Below, piece after piece: positions 1-7,895 of a DNA stretch of 33,787 bases. The DNA comes from an uncultured Candidatus Saccharibacteria bacterium. Lineage in GTDB: Bacteria > Patescibacteriota > Minisyncoccia > Phycocordibacterales > UBA9973. A model generated the notes under the pieces. That model was not told the DNA's origin. It was given only the letters and a program-made list of their open reading frames with translations, and made no database searches. The stretch's first letter is position 1. Each line of letters begins with the position of its first letter. The stretch lies in contig CAYJCX010000001.1 of assembly GCA_964368775.1 (NCBI GenBank), positions 9,216 to 43,002 of the forward strand, given 5' to 3'. Position numbers and translations under genes: made by a program.

Positions 1-2
1 TT

Positions 3-248
3 ACTCCTGAGAAATTCATGGGAGACGTAACAGGAAACTTGTCATCAAAACGTGGGCTAGTAGAAGGAATGGAAGACCGTGGTATGAACAAAGTTGTTCG
101 CGCTATTGTTCCATTGTCTGAAATGTTCGGATATATTAATTCACTTCGTTCTATGACCGAAGGACGCGCATCATTTACTATGGAATTCTCTCGTTATGAT
201 ATTGTTCCACCAAACGTAGAAAAAGATATTGTTGCAGCTCGCAAATAA
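3..248 (+). CDS. fusA: Elongation factor G, C-terminal fragment (5' end outside window)
   Basis: The translation ...[52 protein letters not shown] matches the conserved EF-G domain V / C-terminus. The ORF is open to the window edge. Confidence 0.9.
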   Translation, partial: TPEKFMGDVTGNLSSKRGLVEGMEDRGMNKVVRAIVPLSEMFGYINSLRSMTEGRASFTMEFSRYDIVPPNVEKDIVAARK

Positions 249-263
249 TTCAAAAATATTTAC

Positions 264-288
264 AAAAACCCCGCAAAACGGGGTTTTT
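264..288 (+). terminator. Rho-independent terminator after fusA
   Basis: Stem ccccg (269-273) / cgggg (279-283), loop caaaa, flanked by an A-run and followed by ttttt (284-288). Confidence 0.8.
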
Positions 289-305
289 GCTATATGGCTA
301 AAATG

Positions 306-314
306 TGGTAATAT
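306..314 (+). promoter_or_regulatory. Extended -10 box (TGgTAATAT) 8 nt upstream of ATG 323
   Basis: TGnTAATAT read directly. No SD-like purine run at proper spacing. Member of the recurring pattern described in findings. Confidence 0.4.
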
Positions 315-322
315 AACAGGGT

Positions 323-1885
323 ATGAAAGATAAATTGATCTCTTTTTTTGCCCCTAAACTGGACTTTTTAAAGAAAAAATGGAAAATGGTAGCCGTAATT
401 GCGGTTGTCCTAATAATCGCAATCTCCAAGCTAATACCTAATGGTTTTGACCCAAAGACTGAAATAGTAGAAGAAGTAAAAGTTCAAAACTTGCAAAAGA
501 CTGTCAAAGCAACAGGAGACGTTACATCTGTAGTGAATTTAGAATTATCCTTTAATAACCCAGGGCGGGTTAGCAGTGTTAATGTATCTTTGGGACAAAA
601 AGTCTACAAAGGCCAAATATTGGCTAGTCTAAATGCTGGGTCAGAACTTGGCCAATTAAACCAAGCTTATGGCGCATTAAAAGCAGCACAAGCATCACTG
701 GCAAGAACAATAGAAGGCGCTACTACTGAAGAAGTAAAAGTTGCGCAGGTTACGCTGGAAAACGCAAAGCGCTCTTATACTAATACAGAGAAACTGCAAA
801 ATACTTTAGTTAAAAATGCCAAGGCTAATTTGTATTCAAGCGGTCTTGTTGCTGTGTCTAGTCTATCTAGTTCCACAACTTCAGCTCCAACAATTAGCGG
901 TACTTATTCTGGTGAATCTAATGATGAATATACTATAAATGTTTATCCTACTGGTGATGGTATTTACGCATCTTACACATCTACCAGTGGAGATTCTGGC
1001 TCTGTACCTATTATTACTAATGGTCCATTAGCATTAGGTAGTAAGGGTCTTTATGTTCAATTTTTATCTGCTTCGTCTAACTCTAGTGAAACTTGGAAAG
1101 TAAAAATTCCAAATACAGCAAGTTCTACTTATAGTTCTAATCTTAGTAGTTTAAATAGTGCTATGGAAACAAGATCTTTAGCATTAGAAACTGCGCAAGC
1201 TAGCGTAGATAGCGCGCAGGCGAATCTAGATTTAAAAAAGGCCGCAGCTCGTCCATCAGACATTGCGGCTAAAGAAGCTGATGTGTTAATAGCAGAAGGC
1301 CGCGTACAAGCAGCGCAAGGAGTATACGAAGATAAAATAATCCGCGCTCCAATGGCGGGCTATATTACAAAGCTTGATATTAGTGCTGGAGAAAATGTAG
1401 AGTCTAAAAAAATAGCGATAGTTCTGCAAGACAAAGGAGGTCTATTTTTAGAAGCAGATATAAATGAAGCAGATATTGGCTTAATTAAAATTGGCCAAGT
1501 TGTAACTTTTACTGTAGACACACTTGGATCTAGTGATATATTTATGGCAGAAGTTACTCATATTGACGGATCACCTACAAAAGATGGTAATATTGTAAAT
1601 TACAAAATCAAAGCTAAAATAGTTACAGGAATAGACAAGATCAAGAATGGCTCTACTGCAAATCTTTCTATTTTGATTCAAGAAAAAGCAAACGTAGTAG
1701 TTGTTCCAAATAGAACTATTTATATAAACGAAGATGGGAGTAAATATGTAATGAAAGTTGTTAACGAAAAGTCAGCAAAGACTACAAATAATCCTATTAC
1801 TGTTGGCTTTCAAGGTGACGGAGGTTTAACTGAAATTTTGACTGGCCTATCTGGCACTGAAAAAGTTTTGTTTAAAACAAAATAA
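323..1885 (+). CDS. HlyD/MacA-type periplasmic adaptor (membrane fusion protein) of an ABC exporter, with a Ser/Thr-rich insert
   Basis: N-terminal TM anchor, biotinyl-lipoyl-like motifs (GDVTS..ELSF..GRV..V.V..GQKV.KGQILA and IRAPMAGYITKLD...GE), and coiled-coil segments. It is followed by FtsX-type permease and ABC ATPase genes. Confidence 0.8.
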   Translation: MKDKLISFFAPKLDFLKKKWKMVAVIAVVLIIAISKLIPNGFDPKTEIVEEVKVQNLQKTVKATGDVTSVVNLELSFNNPGRVSSVNVSLGQKVYKGQILASLNAGSELGQLNQAYGALKAAQASLARTIEGATTEEVKVAQVTLENAKRSYTNTEKLQNTLVKNAKANLYSSGLVAVSSLSSSTTSAPTISGTYSGESNDEYTINVYPTGDGIYASYTSTSGDSGSVPIITNGPLALGSKGLYVQFLSASSNSSETWKVKIPNTASSTYSSNLSSLNSAMETRSLALETAQASVDSAQANLDLKKAAARPSDIAAKEADVLIAEGRVQAAQGVYEDKIIRAPMAGYITKLDISAGENVESKKIAIVLQDKGGLFLEADINEADIGLIKIGQVVTFTVDTLGSSDIFMAEVTHIDGSPTKDGNIVNYKIKAKIVTGIDKIKNGSTANLSILIQEKANVVVVPNRTIYINEDGSKYVMKVVNEKSAKTTNNPITVGFQGDGGLTEILTGLSGTEKVLFKTK

Positions 1886-1902
1886 AAGAAATAAAAGATC
1901 GG

Positions 1903-3180
1903 ATGGACAAAACACAAAAATCATATTTTATAAAAAACGATATGCGCGTTGGCTGGTTTTTAGCCAAGCGTGATGTTAAGCGCGCAAACAAATGGACTAC
2001 AATTTTAATTGTGTTTGTGATGATTTTTACGTTTTTAAATTTGGTTGTTGTATCAGGGATTCTTGTTGGTCTTATTCAGGGATCTGTCGATGCCAATAAA
2101 AAAAGAAACACAGGCGATATTTTTATTAGTTCATTTCTAAATCGTGACTATATCGACCAGAGTATTGAAGTAGAAAAAGTAGTACAAAATACTCCAGGGT
2201 TAAAAGAATACAGCGCCAGGGTTACTGGTTCTGGCAAGGTAACTGCAGAATTTAGAAAGACTTTATTAAAAGATGAACTACCTAACGCGGTTGGTGCAGG
2301 ACTTGTAGGTATAATTCCAGAAGAAGAAGACCAAGTTACTAAACTTTCTACAGCTATTACAAAAGGTACGTATTTATCTTCAAACGATCCAGACGGTGTC
2401 TTAGTAGGAGAGAGTTTGCTTTATGATGAAGAAACACCTATTGAATTTCCAGGGTTTACTGCCATCAAGCGTCTTAAAATTGGAGACACTGTTGCTATAA
2501 AAGTTGGGGATAGTGAAAAAGAATTTATTGTACGCGGATTTTTAAAATCTAAAGTTAACGAAGTAGATGCTCGTGTATTTATGAATCAGTCTGAATTACG
2601 AAAAATGATTGGTTCATCTCTTCTTACTTATAACGAAATTGCGATTACTTTAAATGATGGGGTTAATGAAGATTTAGCTAAAAATGCTTTAGTGTCTTCT
2701 GGTATTGGGGAATATGCTCGTATCCAAACATCAGTAGAAGCGCAGCCAAAATTTCTGAAAGATATTCAACAAACTTTTGCGATACTGGGTAATGCAATAT
2801 CGTCTATTGGTCTTATTGTGGCATCTATTACAATATTTATTGTTATTTTTGTTAACGCTATAACACGCCGTAGATTTATTGGTATTTTAAAAGGAATAGG
2901 TATTACAAGAAGAGCAATAATTTTTTCTTACATGTACCAATCTGTTTTCTACGCTGCACTGGGTTCTCTTGTTGGAGTAATACTTGTCTTTGGTTTTATA
3001 AAACCAGGTTTTGCTGCAAACCCAATAGATTTCCCATTCTCTGACGGTATTCTTGTTGCAACAGTGCCAGGTACAATGAAGCGTGTATTATTATTGATGA
3101 TAACTACAATTATTGCTGGGTATATTCCTGCGCGTATTGTTGCCAAGCAAAATACACTAGGAGCAATTCTAGGAAGATAA
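1903..3180 (+). CDS. ABC transporter permease, FtsX/MacB-type
   Basis: One N-terminal TM, a large extracytoplasmic domain, then three C-terminal TMs (the FtsX-like arrangement). Sits between the adaptor and ATPase genes. Confidence 0.8.
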   Translation: MDKTQKSYFIKNDMRVGWFLAKRDVKRANKWTTILIVFVMIFTFLNLVVVSGILVGLIQGSVDANKKRNTGDIFISSFLNRDYIDQSIEVEKVVQNTPGLKEYSARVTGSGKVTAEFRKTLLKDELPNAVGAGLVGIIPEEEDQVTKLSTAITKGTYLSSNDPDGVLVGESLLYDEETPIEFPGFTAIKRLKIGDTVAIKVGDSEKEFIVRGFLKSKVNEVDARVFMNQSELRKMIGSSLLTYNEIAITLNDGVNEDLAKNALVSSGIGEYARIQTSVEAQPKFLKDIQQTFAILGNAISSIGLIVASITIFIVIFVNAITRRRFIGILKGIGITRRAIIFSYMYQSVFYAALGSLVGVILVFGFIKPGFAANPIDFPFSDGILVATVPGTMKRVLLLMITTIIAGYIPARIVAKQNTLGAILGR

Positions 3181-3187
3181 CAAATAT

Positions 3188-3868
3188 ATGATAGAAATAA
3201 AGAATTTATATAAAATATTTGAAAACGGAGATTCTCCTATAACAGCATTAAAAGATGTATCTTTTACTATTCCTGACGGGCAGTTCCTAACTATTTCAGG
3301 AAAATCTGGGTCTGGTAAATCAACATTACTTTACCAGCTAGGGTTACTAGATGATCCAACACGCGGCGAAATAATAATAAATGGAGTTGATTCTCATACT
3401 CTCGACGAAAAACAAAAAGGGAATATGCGCCTAAAGACTTTGGGGTATATTTTCCAAGACTATGCAATTTTGCCGTCTCTATCAGCGCTTGAAAACGTAA
3501 TGGTCCCATTACTAATGCTCGGTTACGATTACAAGCCCGCAACAGAAAAAGCTATGCAGGCATTAGAAAAAGTAGGGCTCTCAGATAGAATGCATAATCT
3601 ACCTTCACAATTATCTGGTGGTCAACAACAACGTGTTTCTATTGCTCGCGCCATTGCGCATACTCCTAGTATTCTTTTTGCTGATGAGCCAACAGCCAAC
3701 CTGGATTCTGAGACATCTGACCAGATCATCAAGGTATTTTTAGACTTAAATAAAGAAGGTCAAACTATTGTTATGGTTACCCACGAGCCAGAATACGCAA
3801 AATTAGCGGATCGGACCATTTTCTTGACGGATGGCAAGATTACTTCTGATATAGATAACCGGGTTTAG
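3188..3868 (+). CDS. ABC transporter ATP-binding protein (MacB/LolD-like)
   Basis: Walker A GKSGSGKST, ABC signature LSGGQQQR, Walker B ILFADEPT, H-loop VTHE. Confidence 0.95.
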   Translation: MIEIKNLYKIFENGDSPITALKDVSFTIPDGQFLTISGKSGSGKSTLLYQLGLLDDPTRGEIIINGVDSHTLDEKQKGNMRLKTLGYIFQDYAILPSLSALENVMVPLLMLGYDYKPATEKAMQALEKVGLSDRMHNLPSQLSGGQQQRVSIARAIAHTPSILFADEPTANLDSETSDQIIKVFLDLNKEGQTIVMVTHEPEYAKLADRTIFLTDGKITSDIDNRV

Positions 3869-3911
3869 GCCTGTGTTATAATAGAAACATAAAAGGTAAT
3901 TATACAGATTT

Positions 3912-4697
3912 ATGTTTAATATGTTCGAAAATAAAAAATTAGCTCAAGGTTTAGTCATTGCGACAGTAGTTTGTCTTTGTCTATTCTTTTTAGCTGGTGC
4001 AAAAAAGGGTTTAGATACTAATTATAAAAATGAGATGCCAGCTACTATTACAGTATCTGGGACAGGAGAATTTTTTGCAGTGCCTGATACTGCAACATTT
4101 TCTTTCTCAGTAGAGCGTGATGGTAAGACTCAAAAAGAGGCATCTGACTCAGGCGCTACAGTTATCAATACAATAATCGATGCTTTGAAGAAAGATTATG
4201 GTATGAGTGATACAAAAGATTTGAAAACTACAAATCTTTCTATTTCTCCAAAATACGAATACGCAGCTCCATGTTATGGCTACAAATGTCCTGTTTCAAA
4301 TCCAAAGATTTCGGGATATACATTTAGTCAAAGTGTAACTGTAAAAGTTAAAGATCTAGATAATGCAGGAGAGATTACAGCAAAGCTTGCAGAATGGGGA
4401 GCTAGTAATGTATATGGTCCAGACTTTACATTAGCTGACGAAGACGAAGCAAATGGTAAAGCTCGCCAAGACGCAATTGTAGATGCCAAAGTAAAAGCAG
4501 CAACACTTGCAAAACAACTAGGAGTTCGTCTTGGTGATATCCAAAGCTTCTCTGAAAATGGTGGAGCTTACCCAATGATGTACCGTACTGAATCAACTAT
4601 GAAAGCAGGCATGGCAATGGACTCTGTTGCGCCACAAATGCCAACAGGGGAGAACAAATACAGTTCTAACGTAACTATTGTTTACGAAATCCGCTAA
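3912..4697 (+). CDS. SIMPL (DUF541) domain-containing secreted/membrane-anchored protein
   Basis: N-terminal hydrophobic anchor, then ITVSGTGEFFAVPDTATFSFSVE..., typical of the SIMPL / 26-kDa periplasmic immunogenic protein family. An extended -10 TGtTATAAT lies at 3874-3882. Confidence 0.7.
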   Translation: MFNMFENKKLAQGLVIATVVCLCLFFLAGAKKGLDTNYKNEMPATITVSGTGEFFAVPDTATFSFSVERDGKTQKEASDSGATVINTIIDALKKDYGMSDTKDLKTTNLSISPKYEYAAPCYGYKCPVSNPKISGYTFSQSVTVKVKDLDNAGEITAKLAEWGASNVYGPDFTLADEDEANGKARQDAIVDAKVKAATLAKQLGVRLGDIQSFSENGGAYPMMYRTESTMKAGMAMDSVAPQMPTGENKYSSNVTIVYEIR

Positions 4698-4714
4698 ATT
4701 CTAAAGTAACTAAA

Positions 4715-4747
4715 GCAAGAGCACCTTTAAAGGTGCTCTTGCTTTTT
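4715..4747 (+). terminator. Rho-independent terminator
   Basis: 11-bp stem gcaagagcacc / ggtgctcttgc, loop tttaaa, followed by ttttt. Confidence 0.9.
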
Positions 4748-4789
4748 GTATGTAATCTGGCATAATCACTTTAATAAATTTATACAAAT

Positions 4790-5377
4790 ATGAGTGATAT
4801 TCAAACCCTAACAGAAGCTTATAATGGGCTAAGTCCTGAAGAAAAAGCACAATTTAACAAAGACAATGGTCTTGTTCTTGCATCAGTATATGGATTATTT
4901 ATTCGCACAGATGTAGTGGTTACTACTCCAATATTGAATGGAGACCTTACAGTAAAAGAACTCTATAATCTATTGGCTGAACACTTTGAGCCTGCTGATT
5001 TACACATAGATACCGGTTTAAAATTCGATAATATTAAAAAGGGTAATAATCTTGTTTCTGTAACTGGATATCTCGATAAGTTTAATAATGAGCTAACTCA
5101 CGCCAAGGTTATCAGTGAAGGTAAAATGTGGCAAAATTATCTACAAGTTGATTATCTACAAGGGATATTATTAGCTATTGAGCTGGTAAAAGCCAGGGTT
5201 ATCGTGAATGAAAACAAGGGAGTGTATATATATTTGAACGAAACAATTTCTCACATGCCTTGTTTCGTTCATGTTTTGTGTAGTTTTGGGAATAAACCAA
5301 GTTTATATATATGCACTTTTGATCCAAAATCTGAGCGTCCTCTCCCTGCCGGAAATGGTGTACTCTCTAGTATATAA
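4790..5377 (+). CDS. Hypothetical protein (195 aa), stand-alone transcription unit
   Basis: Long ORF with its own extended -10 (TGgCATAAT, 4758-4766), bracketed by terminators. No recognisable motif. Confidence 0.55.
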   Translation: MSDIQTLTEAYNGLSPEEKAQFNKDNGLVLASVYGLFIRTDVVVTTPILNGDLTVKELYNLLAEHFEPADLHIDTGLKFDNIKKGNNLVSVTGYLDKFNNELTHAKVISEGKMWQNYLQVDYLQGILLAIELVKARVIVNENKGVYIYLNETISHMPCFVHVLCSFGNKPSLYICTFDPKSERPLPAGNGVLSSI

Positions 5378-5390
5378 ATATAATATTTTA

Positions 5391-5420
5391 AGTCCTGAAT
5401 TTAAAAATCAGGGCTTTTTA
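5391..5420 (+). terminator. Rho-independent terminator
   Basis: Stem cctga / tcagg with an A/T-rich loop, followed by gcttttt. Confidence 0.6.
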
Positions 5421-5449
5421 TTGGTCTAAATTTAGAGATTTAGACCGGT

Positions 5450-5478
5450 TTGACTTTTGGGGCTAAACAGGGTAGTAT
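5450..5478 (+). promoter_or_regulatory. Sigma-70-type promoter for secE-nusG (TTGACT-17 nt-TAGTAT)
   Basis: -35 TTGACT at 5450-5455, exact 17-nt spacer, -10 TAGTAT at 5473-5478. Read directly. Confidence 0.55.
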
Positions 5479-5545
5479 ATTGTTTATAAGGCCCCCAGGG
5501 GCTTTTAAAATTGCCCATTATTCTTAAATGAATTTTTAGACATTT

Positions 5546-5731
5546 ATGCAGAAAATAACCAATTATCTAAAGGAAACTAAAGTCGAACTACAAAATGTTG
5601 TTTGGCCAAAGTGGCCATTAACATTTACCCATACCGCAATTGTTATAGTTGTGGCTGTTCTTATTGGGTATATCTCTGGGGTCTTCGATTCTCTTTTTAA
5701 ATACGGTTTAGCTCAGGCTTTAGGAATTTAA
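5546..5731 (+). CDS. secE: Preprotein translocase subunit SecE
   Basis: 61-aa single-TM protein with an ...ETKVELQNVVWPKW... motif, immediately upstream of nusG (the conserved secE-nusG pair). Confidence 0.85.
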   Translation: MQKITNYLKETKVELQNVVWPKWPLTFTHTAIVIVVAVLIGYISGVFDSLFKYGLAQALGI

Positions 5732-5753
5732 TAGTTAAATTACACTTACATAT

Positions 5754-6299
5754 ATGGCAAAACAAGGTGAAGGAAATCGTAACTGGTATGCAGTACATAC
5801 ATACGCAGGATACGAAAATGCAGTTCTTCGTAATTTAAAACAGCGTATTGATTCTCTGGGAATGCAGGAAAAAATATTTAACGTTGTTGTTCCTACAGAA
5901 AAGAAGATAAAAATCAAAGGAAGTAAGCGCGTAGAAGTAGAAGAAAAAACTTATCCAGGATATGTTCTTGTAGACATGATTGTAACAGATGATTCTTGGT
6001 ATGTAGTTCGTAACACTCCTCGCGTTACTGGTTTCGTAGGGGCAGGGGTTAACCCAGTGCCGCTGCGACAAGACGAAGTAGACGCACTATTTAAAACTAT
6101 AAATAAAGACACTGTTGCTGAATATACTTCTATGTACAGTGTAGATGAACCAGTTCGTATTAATGATGGTCCATTTAAAGATTTAGAAGGTATTATTTCC
6201 GAAGTAGACACAGTACACGGTAAAGTAAAAGTCTTGGTCTCACTGTTTGGTCGCGAGACTCCAGTAGAACTAGATTTCTTACAAATAAAGAAGATATAA
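5754..6299 (+). CDS. nusG: Transcription termination/antitermination factor NusG
   Basis: NGN domain (WYAVHTYAGYENAV...) and a C-terminal KOW (VRINDGPFKDLEGIISEVD...GKVKVLVSLFGRETPVEL). Confidence 0.95.
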   Translation: MAKQGEGNRNWYAVHTYAGYENAVLRNLKQRIDSLGMQEKIFNVVVPTEKKIKIKGSKRVEVEEKTYPGYVLVDMIVTDDSWYVVRNTPRVTGFVGAGVNPVPLRQDEVDALFKTINKDTVAEYTSMYSVDEPVRINDGPFKDLEGIISEVDTVHGKVKVLVSLFGRETPVELDFLQIKKI

Positions 6300-6312
6300 T
6301 AGATTAACAGAC

Positions 6313-6365
6313 CAGCTTCCGGGGCTCGAAATATATGTCGCGAGCACGCTTCTCCCGGGGCGACA
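6313..6365 (+). promoter_or_regulatory. GC-rich structured element in the nusG-rplK spacer (candidate r-protein leader)
   Basis: Nested helices: ccggg (6319-6323) / cccgg (6354-6358) enclose gctcg (6324-6328) / cgagc (6341-6345). Locally GC-rich in an AT-rich genome, with no trailing T-tract. Confidence 0.4.
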
Positions 6366-6383
6366 AAATAATTAATAAATTTT

Positions 6384-6818
6384 ATGGCAGCACAAGGAAA
6401 AAAAATAATAAAGAATGTAAAATTCTTAGCTCCAGCAGGTAAAGCTACACCTGCGCCGCCTCTTGGTCCAGTACTTGGTCAAGCTGGTGTAAATATCGCT
6501 GAATTTTGTCAAAAATTCAATGCAGCATCTACAGAATATGCAGGAGAAACAGTTGGTGTAAAACTAACAGTTTATGAGGATCGTACTTACGAATTCGTAA
6601 TCAAGACTCCTCCTACTACAGGTATGATCCTAAAAGCAGCCGGACTTGAAAAAGGTGCTGGTAAAACAGGAACAAGTAAAGCAGGTAAGATAACTCGCGC
6701 ACAAGCAGAAGAAATTGCAAAGAGAAAGATGCAAGATCTAAACGCTAAAGACCTAGAAGGTGCAGTTAAAATCATTGCTGGTTCAGCTCGCTCTATGGGA
6801 ATCCAAATAGTTGACTAA
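6384..6818 (+). CDS. rplK: 50S ribosomal protein L11
   Basis: ...KFLAPAGKATPAPPLGPVLGQAGVNIAEFCQKFNA... is the canonical L11 N-terminal domain. Confidence 0.97.
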   Translation: MAAQGKKIIKNVKFLAPAGKATPAPPLGPVLGQAGVNIAEFCQKFNAASTEYAGETVGVKLTVYEDRTYEFVIKTPPTTGMILKAAGLEKGAGKTGTSKAGKITRAQAEEIAKRKMQDLNAKDLEGAVKIIAGSARSMGIQIVD

Positions 6819-6823
6819 ACAAT

Positions 6824-6850
6824 AACCCCCTTGTGGGGTTTTATTGTTTT
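6824..6850 (+). terminator. Rho-independent terminator after rplK
   Basis: Stem aacccc / ggggtt, loop cttgt, followed by a T-rich tract. Confidence 0.8.
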
Positions 6851-6859
6851 TTATTAGCA

Positions 6860-6868
6860 TGTTATAAT
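6860..6868 (+). promoter_or_regulatory. Extended -10 box (TGtTATAAT) 7 nt upstream of ATG 6876
   Basis: Read directly. Implies a leaderless transcript starting at or near the ATG. Confidence 0.5.
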
Positions 6869-6875
6869 TGTGTAT

Positions 6876-7661
6876 ATGGAAAATAATATTAATTTAGACT
6901 CAAAAGAAATTTTTTCTTTTGCTTTTGCTAGTACTAAAAAGTACTTTGCAAAGTTTTTTGTAGTGGTGCTTGCTCTTGGTATTCTATCAGCTATTTCGCC
7001 TGAAGATACCAATGGTCCAATCTCATCACTTTTATCTCTTATTAGTATCGTTGGGACTTTTTATGTAACTATTGCAATGTATGGAGCAATATTTAAGATT
7101 TTATCCGGACAAGATGTTTCAATAGGTGACATGTTTACTTGGCCTAAGAACGGTCTAAAAATGCTATGGGCAAATATTTTAGCTGGTCTAGCTATTGCAC
7201 CATTTTTAATAACAGCTATTATTCTTGGCGTAGGTTCATTCTTTTCTACTCTTGGTGGTGGGGGCTCAGCGACGATTGTACTAAGTTTGATAACTCTATC
7301 GCTTGCTTTGCTAGCTGTATATTTTAGTATTAGACTCATGTTTGCTAAATATTATGCTTTAGATACTGGTGCTGGGGCAGTAGAAAGTGTTAAATATTCT
7401 TGGGGTCTAACAAAAGGTAAATTTTTAAGTTTATTCTGGTTAAGTATTTTAATGGGGTGCATAGTTATATTGGGTATTATAGCTTTAATTATTGGACTAT
7501 TTTGGGCTATTCCAACTGTGCTTATTGCTCAGGTCTTAATATACAAAAAGTTAAGTGGGTCTAACAATGTCCCAGCCGAAATAGTAGGGGGCTCTATTTT
7601 GCCAGAAGCCCAACCTCTTGAATTAGAAGCTCAACCTTCAGTAACAGACACACAACAATAA
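6876..7661 (+). CDS. Hypothetical multi-pass membrane protein
   Basis: About six hydrophobic segments. Start moved from the GTG at 6870 to the ATG at 6876 because of the -10 spacing. Confidence 0.6.
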   Translation: MENNINLDSKEIFSFAFASTKKYFAKFFVVVLALGILSAISPEDTNGPISSLLSLISIVGTFYVTIAMYGAIFKILSGQDVSIGDMFTWPKNGLKMLWANILAGLAIAPFLITAIILGVGSFFSTLGGGGSATIVLSLITLSLALLAVYFSIRLMFAKYYALDTGAGAVESVKYSWGLTKGKFLSLFWLSILMGCIVILGIIALIIGLFWAIPTVLIAQVLIYKKLSGSNNVPAEIVGGSILPEAQPLELEAQPSVTDTQQ

Positions 7662-7662
7662 T

Positions 7663-7818
7663 ATGTTTTTTTCAAAAGTCCTACTTACAATTCAAAGCAT
7701 CGGTTACATATACTTTTTACTAATTATTGTGGCTGATATTATACTTTGGAAGATACACCCTGTGCTAGGTGTGCTAGGTGTGCTCTTCACATTTGCATTT
7801 CTCTTGGGTTGGTTCTAA
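7663..7818 (+). CDS. Possible small membrane protein (51 aa), below the ORF-track cutoff
   Basis: The ATG lies 1 nt after the preceding stop. Hand translation: MFFSKVLLTIQSIGYIYFLLIIVADIILWKIHPVLGVLGVLFTFAFLLGWF*, two hydrophobic helices. A terminator follows at 7870-7895. Confidence 0.35.
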   Translation: MFFSKVLLTIQSIGYIYFLLIIVADIILWKIHPVLGVLGVLFTFAFLLGWF

Positions 7819-7869
7819 ATTTTTCAGATTTTGTTTTCTTAATCTAGAATTTATAAAAAATATCTCTCT

Positions 7870-7895
7870 AAAATGCTTTCCACGGAAAGCATTTT
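7870..7895 (+). terminator. Hairpin terminator (A/T-flanked, potentially bidirectional)
   Basis: 11-bp stem aaaatgctttc / gaaagcatttt with loop cacg. Confidence 0.7.

Noticed and set aside
2949-3542. Antisense ORFs inside the ABC permease and ATPase genes. Similar antisense or out-of-frame ORFs in the track occur at 5735-6211, 6587-6775, 7061-7339, 8030-8284, 9245-9946, 10621-10836, 11515-11970, 12041-12298, 14798-15040, 15399-15593, 15794-18281, 20449-20692, 21722-21907, 22139-22887, 24164-24427, 25872-26066, 28087-28353, 29909-30112, 30158-30934, 31673-31933, 33166-33357 and 33432-33662.
   Set aside because: All lie within, or overlap the ends of, much longer ORFs that have clear conserved protein motifs. 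Their translations are low-complexity or motif-free. They are typical shadow ORFs.
5378-5545. tRNA-Trp or rpmG, which often precede secE
   Set aside because: No cloverleaf-compatible sequence (no GTTCnAnnC T-loop, no acceptor/T-arm pairing) and no small ORF resembling L33. Only hairpins and a promoter are present.
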